The translations under genes were made by a program, and so were the position numbers. The notes below the pieces were generated by a model. It saw nothing but the letters and a program-made list of their open reading frames with translations. It was not told the DNA's origin and searched no databases. Shown here in pieces: positions 54,953 to 64,000 of a DNA stretch of 64,000 bases (the first letter of the stretch is position 1; each line of letters starts with the position of its first letter). The DNA lies in NCBI GenBank assembly GCA_977030845.1, contig OZ365111.1, positions 40,920,001-40,984,000 of the forward strand, in the 5' to 3' direction. Source of the stretch: Fimbriosthenelais zetlandica (taxonomy: Eukaryota).

Positions 54953-55322
54953 ATCCATTTGCTTTATAACATGAGACTGGTTTTGTTTGTTCATCCCTTC
55001 AATATAACCAGACTATGACAAGACCGAGCAACCCAAAGCAATGTACATACATATATACGATCGATAGACCTATGGGTTTTATATTACAAACCAAAGTTTG
55101 GTAGAAAGAACCTTCTGACATGTCTGTAACTATCAGAGAATTCTCCTAGAAATTATCCATTAGCTTTATATGAGGTTTTGTTCGTTTATCCCTTCAATAA
55201 AACCAACAAGAGCGAACAACCCAAAGCAATGTACATTTACATGTACGATCGATAGACTTCAGTATTACTAACAGAGCTTTTGGTATTTAACTTATTTTTA
55301 AGTTGAAAGAACCATTTGACAT
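54953..55322. repeat. Degenerate tandem duplication, period ~200 bp
   Basis: Shared blocks ATCCATT.GCTTTATA, GGTTTTGTT.GTT.ATCCCTTCAATA, CAACCCAAAGCAATGTACAT, ACGATCGATAGAC and GAAAGAACC...TGACAT recur about 200 bp apart. Confidence 0.8.
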
Positions 55323-55524
55323 AAGCCTGGACCATACTAATCCGAATCTCTATCCCATTCCATCCAATATCTGTCTGAAAGTATATTTCTATTCACACCA
55401 AATGCTTGTAATTTTAACAGTCCGTTACACCTAGCTAAGGCTAACCACTGACACAATTTCAATCATTAGATGCCATTAGAAATGGGGGTTCGGATGTCCA
55501 CGGAATATAGTGTGTTCCTGACTA

Positions 55525-55574
55525 TATATACTTTTAACAGTGTAGGATCTATATACTTTTAACAGTGTAGGATC
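55525..55574. repeat. Perfect tandem duplication, 2 x 25 bp
   Basis: TATATACTTTTAACAGTGTAGGATC at 55525 and 55550. Confidence 0.95.
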
Positions 55575-55620
55575 TATGATAATATCTTTTCTATCTATCT
55601 AAAGGGTATTCTCTACTTAC

Positions 55621-55721
55621 CATTTCTTCGTGACCTCGATAACCAGTTCTTGGTAAGAAGCGGTGAACTGAAACTTGGAGGCCCGCTTGCCGACCCTCTG
55701 AAGCCGCTTCCACACGCTCAT
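55621..55721 (-). CDS. EHBP1: EHBP1-family coding exon 1 (start of NT-C2 domain): MSVWKRLQRVGKRASKFQFTASYQELVIEVTKK + TG (split Trp)
   Basis: ATG at 55721-55719; near-identical to the EHBP1 N-terminus as I recall it (MASVWKRLQRVGKHASKFQFVASYQEL); donor TG|gtaagt at 55620; in-frame upstream stop at 55796-55794 supports this ATG. The ORF track shows only an off-frame reading. Confidence 0.97.
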
Positions 55722-55827
55722 GTTTGTGGTGTTGGGGTCTCGGCCCCGAGGCCGCCTCCAGCAAAGCTCCTTCCTTGTTGGTGATCTCCGAGGTCAGTGA
55801 GGGCACGGGCTCATGGCATCGGTGTAG
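55722..55827 (-). other. EHBP1: 5'UTR portion of EHBP1 first coding exon
   Basis: Polypyrimidine tract and acceptor ttctcctgtctttatcattgcag|CTACACC at 55828/55827; implies at least one more upstream non-coding exon. Confidence 0.8.
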
Positions 55828-56842
55828 CTGCAATGATAAAGACAGGAGAAGGTTGATGGTGGTATAAAAAAATGAACCGGTATATTATATATGGGATTTG
55901 TTGAGTGTTCTCTATGTATGTATACAGTGGAGTCAGCACCTTGGCTATATATAGAGCGAGGGAGGCAGAGCTATTATATAGGTAGCCCCAGGATGGGTAT
56001 TGATATATCCAGAGGCCGTATATATCAGACTAGATGGTCTGAAAATGACCCTTATCACACGAAATTATCATTAACTGATATTTAGACATGAGGAATTCGT
56101 AACCAAAAAAATCTACTGAATAAAGAGGATAATATCACTCACGGTTGATGTGATTATTTACATGTATTTAAACTCTTTTTTAAGCTAGAAGTTTTTAAAA
56201 ATATTTTAAAAATAAAATTTCAATGGCATTGATGACTATGTCAAGGACCCAGCCTTAGGTCTCCGCTGTTAAAAATAGAATTTTACAATCTGGGTTCAGG
56301 AATTTGGGATTTAAATAATGGAAAGGATTTTCCATGTATGAATCAGTGTCAAAGTATGGGCTAAATTCCCCAATTGGGTGAAGCTATATAGTCTATTCAC
56401 ACCTATAGAATAGGGTGATTGGTGCGGGTGGTTGCCACCAATGAACCATTACACCCAAACCAAGATCAATACACCAATAACTCAACCACAGCCGTCATCA
56501 CACCTTTCTCCTTTGCCGCTATAAACACACAACATTTCCTCTCTACATCAAATTAACCTCGTCTCTGAAATGCACACTAAACCAACACATCTGTTGTTAT
56601 CGGCTGGCGGCGAAAAAGTCCTGATTGCAGGAATACTTTAAAAACTTCGACCCGCTGTCAATTGCATGGGGTTTAAATCTATACTCGTGTCATGCCAGTG
56701 TTATACTAGCAGGGGGAAATACATTGAGGGTGTGGCCAGGTGGAAGTGCAAATTATCCTTGAGAGGGTTAGCATTATACCATAGGGGAAAACCCATGGCC
56801 ATTGTGGTGTGATTATTGGCAACAACATGCTTGAAAAATTGT

Positions 56843-56942
56843 AACATCAATATATATAGTTATACTCAGAAATGCTCAAATCCTTGCAGAAATTATAACA
56901 TCGATATGTAGTTATATTCAGAAATCCTTGCAGAAATTATAA
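56843..56942. repeat. Tandem duplication, 54 + 44 bp units
   Basis: AACATC.ATAT..AGTTATA.TCAGAAAT and AAATCCTTGCAGAAATTAT each occur twice. Confidence 0.85.
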
Positions 56943-59698
56943 GTTAAAAATATACAGTAATATTCTGTAATCAGAAATCGTCGCCGAAATTATACACCTC
57001 TTTGGGGTTGTTACAAATTCTGGCTGAGAATATAAGCAACCATGAATCTGAATGACCAGATTTTCCTGCCTGCAATATTTCCAGATAGGAAGGTTTATCA
57101 AAATTAAGAGAAAAAAAAGAAGTGAAGCTTCAGTCTTCATTTAACAAACACAAAGCGGTATTTCAAGCTTGATATAACAAGGTTTTTTTCCACAAGCATA
57201 ATCGTGGACGGCCTTACGCCGTTTCTTTAGAGGCGCTTCTTCTAGCGCCGCTTTTTGCAAAGGGCATGCATTTCCTCCATTTGGAAAATTTAACTCTTTT
57301 ATCGGTAACCTAATTATATCAATAATAGGGAGCCTCTAAAAAAGATGACGCCTTTGCCCGTGTCCGGTTCCTTAATTAATCGAGAGCTTCCCATTTTCCC
57401 TAACTCTCAGATACCAAAATACAATAGGATTCCCATCGCTTTTTAAAAACCAGGTCTTTAACAGACGATCGACTGAAAGAATCACAAAGAAGACAGTCAA
57501 ATTTCCAATTTCCACAAATGGAATTGCTCAACACGAGATTAAATCGCTTAATCGATTTCAATTCTACTTAAGTTTTGGAGATATATAAATGCAGCAGAAA
57601 CTACAACAATTTTCAAAATACAAAATGATCCAACGTGGGTGTCGAAATAATTCCAGTTTATATTGTTCATTATTTTGTTTAGTTAAAATTTTAGAAATAA
57701 TCTGAAAAAGCGCAGTGAGCGCAGAATTTTAGTCAATAAACGATTTTAAAAATGTTCTTTTATTGATGGTGGATTAAAGCGTATGTTTGGAATGTTCAGT
57801 GGATAACACATCATTCCATTATAATTATACCAAGTGGACCCTGTAGGGTTTCCTATATAATTACATGAAATGCCATACTATATGTTGATAAAAGGTAGAC
57901 ATTTGTTTGGATGCTCTAGTATAGTAGGTATAGCATTATCAATATCTAATCAAACTAACCCTTGTAGTCTACGATGTGAGGGTAAGGGAGCAATGTGCTG
58001 TCTCCCACCACCGGCAAAGAGGTCGATCGATGAGGACCAACGTGGTCGGTTGTGTAAATCCAAAATAAACAGAGGATACACGGGTCTTAAACCGTGAGAG
58101 ATCCAACGGTAAAGACCGGCAGTGGATCTGAGGCAAAAATTAGAGGCCAGTGACTGCCATCAAGCCGAGGATTCCTCATAATGTCATCAGTTCAAGTTCT
58201 TTGTTATGTCTGGCCCAGCAAATGGAATCTTTTTGTCTGGCTTCATCAACGTGGCCGATTGTTTTTAACCTCCAGCGCTGGCTGGCTGAGCTGGAGATCG
58301 AGAGAGCTCTGAGACCCAAAACACAAGAGGCCAGAGTCGGCACCTATAAGCTCCGAGTGAAAGGATGCTTTTATACATGAGCGTTTTCCCCCATGCACTG
58401 ATGACTGATGTGAAACAAGGTTTCTCTAGCGGCACCAGCAAATACCTGAAAAGGCGGTATGAGGAGGAAAAGGATGGAAGCCACTTAGTCAGTTGGCAAA
58501 CTTCTACAAATGTAGTGGCACTGTGATGAATGGTAGGTTTTATAGATTTCAACACATGCGATGGGCAGAGAGATGAGATTTCCAACTGGTTAACTGTTGG
58601 GGTCTGAGTTATTTAACAGAGGAAATGAGAACAAGGGAAGAATTGAAATTGTATCCACCCCCGAGGAGGATAAGCCTTAAAACCTGGGACTAATGCTCCT
58701 CCTTGATTGAAGCATTAGACAGTGCCTTATAGAGATGGTATCAGGATTGAGCATTAAACGCAGCACTTTCACTACAAGGCCCCATTCACTATACGGTGGT
58801 GCATGGCGGCAGCAACAGCGAGCGCGGGTGAAACATTTAGAGCTTATTCAGCTTCACTCTTGCCACATTATGACACAATGTCTAATTGAAGAGAAAAGAG
58901 CTGGTGAGCCGTGATGTATTGGCGGCGTACTGGAGAACAGGTTTGGTCGCAGTCTATCATCTATAGATACATTCCCAGGGGAGTGGATATTGGAAAATCA
59001 TCTCTGATCAATTCCACCCAATACATACAATCCAGGCCATCTAAATTCCAATTACAACCACTCTAAACGAGATAAAAACAGCAATATCTGAAAGGCAATG
59101 GATTTATTGGGATATTTTCGTTATGTATAGGGTCCAATATGTAACCAACAGCATATATATATGCATTTAGATAAATCTCCAATGCAATATGGTTTACCAT
59201 AGAATGCATTGGAATTCCTTTATGACAGCCCGTTCCAAACTCACAATCCCATACACTACTTACATTTAACCACCCTTGATGGCTAGCTAGTCAATGGGGC
59301 CTCCAGATTTCTAATTGGCATTTTCAGGTGGGGAAAAAATCAAGGCCATTCACGCAAAATTAGCTCTGTGATGTATCATCAACGCTGTATTTCACTCTGG
59401 GTAAAAGGGTAATGGGAATCAAATTAGGGAATGGCAATGCGATTATAGGGAGATGGGGTTAGTGGATGGCTCCTATAGAACCACATGAAGGTACGTGACA
59501 TGCATAGACAGTCATACATTGTGGCAGGATCTTTCTCATGAAAACATAAAGGGTTTCTCAATAAATATCTTAATACGTATGTATAACACGTACATGTCAT
59601 TTTGAAATAAAGGATCCACGAGAGTGTGCTGCATGCATGGATGATTCATTGGGGGAAATCAAAGAATTATACATGTCTTACTAGTCTACTGACATTTA

Positions 59699-59990
59699 TG
59701 ATTGATTGATTGTATGGTTGTTTAATGTAAATTTCAACAATTTCTTAGTTTACAATTATCATGCCTACTTGTGACAGAGGAATCACGTCTCAGGCAAATG
59801 ACAAGATACGTCACTACCCAATAACATTATGCTGACACCAGGTCGACCAGTCCGAGTACTATCCTTTTTTGCTGAGTGCCCAGCGGTGGAGCTACTATCA
59901 ACTAGCCACTTTGGTTTGACCCAGCTGCGGTTCAAACCACCGACCTTTCACACGCAGGGCGGACCTGTAACCACTACACCGCTGTGGTGG
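59699..59990 (-). mobile_element. Near full-length tRNA-derived SINE (~290 bp)
   Basis: Minus strand: A-box-like GGTGTAGTGGT, B-box-like GGTTTGAACC, body GGACTGGTCGACCTGGTGTCAGCATAATG (resembles a conserved SINE central domain, possibly Meta; family from memory), 3' tail ...ATTAAACAACCATACAATCAATCAATC. Confidence 0.8.
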
Positions 59991-60302
59991 TTAAACACAT
60001 TTATGGGTATACAAAGAACTGACAAGAAATAAAAATCGCAATAAAATCACATTTCTTAATGCCACATTTATAAATTCCTGTGAATAGAGTAGGCCTGTAT
60101 ATATATATTCATACTTCCCCTGTTTGGCGAGGGGGACGTATAAGATGACAGAAGAGCCATGGACATGCTATATCCACCCTGTATTGGTCATTGGACATGA
60201 GATGCCAGGGACGGGTCTTCAATGTCAATAGATTTACATTGTCCCCTTAAGTGACTCTCAATGTTTGCCTGCTTGTCCACCAAGGACTTACATTAACATA
60301 TT

Positions 60303-60520
60303 CAGTGGCGGATCCAGGGCTGCGAACACTCCGGATTTTCGCCAGAGGCTTAGGGGCTTTTAGGGGTCTAAAAAGGTGTCTAGCCTCCGGACTTTGGTCT
60401 GTTAAAATCCATTTTCACTGTTTTTTCTTTTAAACTCACAAAATTTAGGGAAAATAGGCCCTTGTTCAACTAAAATTTCGATTTTTTTTCTAGTGAAATA
60501 AATTGTCAAATTTAAAGTAA
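60303..60520. mobile_element. Probable terminal fragment of a CAGTGGCGGATCCAG-type non-autonomous element
   Basis: Begins CAGTGGCGGATCCAGGG, a terminus I recall as common in invertebrate repeat libraries; no closing inverted copy found; right boundary approximate. Confidence 0.35.
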
Positions 60521-61811
60521 AATATTTACATGTATGTTGATTGTATATTATTCCATTCAGCTATTTTACATCTTTCGCAGAACAAAAGGAAACATGCGAT
60601 CTGCGCCTGATGCTGCAGTTCAAAGACTGGAATTTAGTCAACAATTTTTTGCTATGCATACCAATTGTTGTATACATGGGAGAACTGGGTGACACTATAG
60701 TGATGTTATTTCTATGGGGTGACATGAAGGACAAAGGGAAATGTGGAATACATTTGATGTCAAGCGAAGCAGGAAATTGGTATTCATTACAGGATGGGAG
60801 TACATGACAATCAAATATAAAAAAGACTATAGTACAATGTCAGCCTGTCATAAGGCAAGAACATGATTATTTTTAGTCCTCATCGATTTTTTGAGCTATA
60901 TTTCATTACGAAAACATTCTTTAAGTTCCTAAAAGGTCAATTTTGAATACCAGACCAGATCCAACCATATGCTGCTGTAAAATCATTAAAAAAACTAAAT
61001 ACCAAATCCTTTTAGAACTAGAATCCAATCCCCGAAACCAATCATCGGGGAAAAAAGGTGGAAATGGAAATAAGGTCCGCAAGAAATATGGGCAAAGTTG
61101 ATGAATATCCCGAGGTGAGCAAAGAAAGGATGAATACAAAGGCCGGGATCATGAATATTTATTATACGTTAATCTGACGTCTCAACAAGCAGCAGGCCCC
61201 CACACACCTATCTGATTCATCTTAATGCTTTTATAATTGTTTCAAATGTGGAATTGCAATGTATGCTGAACAGGATATTTTTTTAGATTCCTACACCACT
61301 CCATCTGCACTGCAATATATATACACATGAATCGAAAAAAAAACTTGTTCTTGACTCAGAATGATGGAATAATAAGGTCTCATCCCATCAATTACAGGAA
61401 TGAGACATGTAATGCAAAAAGCTCTATATGTACTTGATTATATATAGCTTCATATACAAGTGAATAGGGCGCGATACAAACACCATGCATGCATGGCTTT
61501 TTTGGGATATTGGAGCAGGGGAATAGTCACCATTTTTAAGTGGTCAGATTATTCATTGTCACACACCCCCCACACTGCCACGGGTAAAAAAAAAAAGAGT
61601 TAAATGTGGTGAAATTAGGGATCCCGCTGACACAGCAACGAGGGCATATTGCCTCACAGCTTTGGGTCATTTATCAACATTACAAGTGTACCGTTAAAGT
61701 GTTCTCTATGTTAATCAATCATGATCCTCCCTTGAATACGTGTATATATAGTAATACATACTGGTTATACTATACAGAGTCCACTCTGCTGGCTACAATA
61801 CATTAGTTTCA

Positions 61812-61815
<4 letters not shown>

Positions 61816-61902
<87 letters not shown>
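61816..61902. repeat. (TA)~43 microsatellite
   Basis: Direct inspection. Confidence 0.97.
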
Positions 61903-61906
<4 letters not shown>

Positions 61907-62469
61907 AAGGGGGTTGATAGAGGGTTCATTGTCAGAAACTAGATGGGTCTATGCATATTCCATAAGATTATCCAGCATTCAATATATACCAAAGAATATT
62001 AAATATGAATAACAATAAGGCACCGATTTTTCTTCTAGAATCTTCGAGTAAAGAAGTATTTCTAGAAGTCTAAAGATAACCAAAGCAGAAGGACCATAAG
62101 GATATAGAAAGCAATATGATTATGAAATAGTCTTAGTTACATTAGACAGACCAATATTATGGAACACACCTGAAGTGAATGATTTTTTTTTCTTCGGTAG
62201 CAAGTACGAGAAGAAATGAGTTTTCGTTTGGTGATAGAGCTAAGAATGGGACAAAAATTCCCTACTTGATTTTCTTATCACCACGTAAGTCCACTTAATA
62301 GTATTACCTCATTAATCTCCCATTAGTGAATCTCACATAGACAAATGACTGATCATGTAACTGGCTTAGACGCACATCTTATAATGGAGCTATAAGAAAG
62401 TTGTTCAACAGTTGTAACAACATATGGATTAGGTGCATAGGTGCTGTGTGTGGGTGTATGTGTAGAGAG

Positions 62470-62845
62470 AGTGAGTATGAGAGAGGGGGGGGGAGGGGAT
62501 GGAGAGAAGGGAAGAGAGGGGATAGGGAGAGGATCGAGGGGAGAGGAGGGAGGAGAGGAAAAGCTTGGGAGAAAGGGAGTTGGGAAGAGGGGAGGTGAGG
62601 GGAAGGGAGGGGGAACAGGGGGAAGGGAGAGGGAACAGAGGGAAGGGACGGAGAAAGGGAGTTGGGGAGATGGGAAGGGAGGGAGAACAGGGGGAAGGGA
62701 GGGGGAACAGGGTGAAAAAAGGGAAGGAGGAAGGAGACGGTGAAGGGAGAAGGGAGGGGGAAGGGAGAGCACTTGGAGGGTGAAGGGATAGGAAAGGGTA
62801 GGGGAAGGGAAGTTTGAAGGAGAGGAGGGGAGAGGGAGGAGAAAG
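62470..62845. repeat. G/A-rich low-complexity tract with repeated GGGAAGGGAGGGGGAACAG-type units
   Basis: Direct inspection. Confidence 0.88.
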
Positions 62846-63228
62846 ACTTTATATCCACAAATGGGTCCCAGCCCCCGGCTAGACAGGCAAATCCCCAGCT
62901 ACTTGGAAATCTGAGAGGAGGAAATCCCTCGACCTACCTCAGATATTAACTCGGGCTTTAGACCTATAGAGGGCCAAGCTTCAATCTCAAACACCGGGGT
63001 TTATCCATATATGGCATGAAGGCAGACAAATTAAAAATGCATCAAGAGAAAAACTTTGACACTGCAGAGGTGGGCTGAGTGACATGCAGAGGATTCTATA
63101 AAGACTAACTTGGGAATAGGATGTAAAAAGTCAGGACTGGATTATGACATAGCTAATATGATGGAAGCTAAGCATTATATCGAGACATTTCCGAACATGT
63201 AAATAAAAAAAATTATTAACCACTTACA

Positions 63229-63378
63229 NNNNNNNNNNNNNNNNNNNNNNNNNNNNNNNNNNNNNNNNNNNNNNNNNNNNNNNNNNNNNNNNNNNNNNNN
63301 NNNNNNNNNNNNNNNNNNNNNNNNNNNNNNNNNNNNNNNNNNNNNNNNNNNNNNNNNNNNNNNNNNNNNNNNNNNNNN
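63229..63378. other. Assembly gap (150 N)
   Basis: N run; flanks carry splice-site-like signals on the minus strand (see findings). Confidence 0.99.
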
Positions 63379-63828
63379 ATTGAGAGAACGCTAGAAAAGC
63401 TAAAGAGACAGAGAGAGGGCCATGCAGGGTATTGCAGAAAGAAGGACATCAACATGCAATCTGCTATAGTATACATGTATATATAAAGCTTTATCTGCTA
63501 TAATCTTTATCAAGCTTTAACACTCCATACCTCATATATACAAGCTTTGGAGAACAAAATCTATATAGATCAGAGAGAAGCTCTAGGTAAGTTAAAAGTT
63601 CGTTTCGTGTCATATCTGCAGGTCTATTTTTCCAGGCGTAATGTTAGCCTAGCCGAGTGTGGCGTGAAAAAAAGTCCTGATGCAAGCCAGGTGGCCTGGA
63701 GGGATATAGTGAGGGGATGGGGGGGGGGGGGGTGGAGGAGGAGGAGGAGGAGGAGGGAGGGGGATGAAGAGAAGCACACACCATGGTGTGAAATAATAGA
63801 CCCACCTAGGGGCCTAGATTTGGCCTAC

Positions 63829-63979
63829 CTTGTCATTTCAACTTCTAGCAGCACACACGCACTGTTCCCAATCACTCGCTCCCTCTCTTATAAAGTCAAG
63901 GCATTCTAGTGGAAAATGGGCTCAAATAACAAATCCTGGCCAGATCAAATGACCCTCCTTGATCTGTGAACGTGATTGG
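63829..63979 (-). promoter_or_regulatory. Candidate EHBP1 core promoter and short first exon
   Basis: Minus strand: GCCAATCAC (CCAAT at 63979-63975), TATAAGAG from 63892, Inr-like CAGT with A at 63863 (29 nt after the TATA start), donor AAG|gtaggc at 63829/63828. Motif geometry only. Confidence 0.4.
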
Positions 63980-64000
63980 CAAATTTGGTGTGGGCCGGAG

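Noticed and set aside
55591-55833. 80-aa ORF-track entry MQLHRCHEP...
   Set aside because: Off-frame reading across the true EHBP1 exon, starting in the intron.
1-64000. CRISPR arrays, operons, rRNA or intact tRNA genes, prokaryotic defence systems
   Set aside because: None seen. The DNA is spliceosomal-intron-rich animal sequence, and its repeats are tandem duplications without unique spacers.

Overview
Eukaryotic (animal, probably invertebrate bilaterian; species not determinable) genomic DNA. Most of the window is the 5' half of one large minus-strand gene, an EHBP1 (EH domain-binding protein 1 / EHBP1L1 family) homolog. Seven coding exons chain with GT-AG boundaries and consistent phases: 55721-55621, 23341-23284, 21767-21618, 18000-17819, 13092-12884, 11792-11189 and 9559-9433. 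Together they give 1431 nt = 477 aa: a complete NT-C2 domain, an acidic linker, four NPF motifs and a Pro-rich region. I found no CH-domain or C-terminal exons in 1-9432, so the gene probably continues past the left edge. The first coding intron is 32.3 kb. The introns hold non-autonomous DNA transposons (MITEs with TAA, TTAA or TA flanks), tRNA-derived SINE pieces (one with a 13-bp TSD), local tandem duplications, purine-rich mini/microsatellites and two N gaps. Best leads: a candidate TATA/Inr promoter plus a 5'UTR exon apparently hidden in the second gap, two uORFs, a candidate alternative first coding exon that would truncate the C2 domain, and a one-sided distribution of poly-G/GA tracts. 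I did not find a convincing novel multi-gene system. Nearly all other ORF-track entries are antisense shadows, off-frame readings or low-complexity artefacts. All alignments and counts were done by eye.
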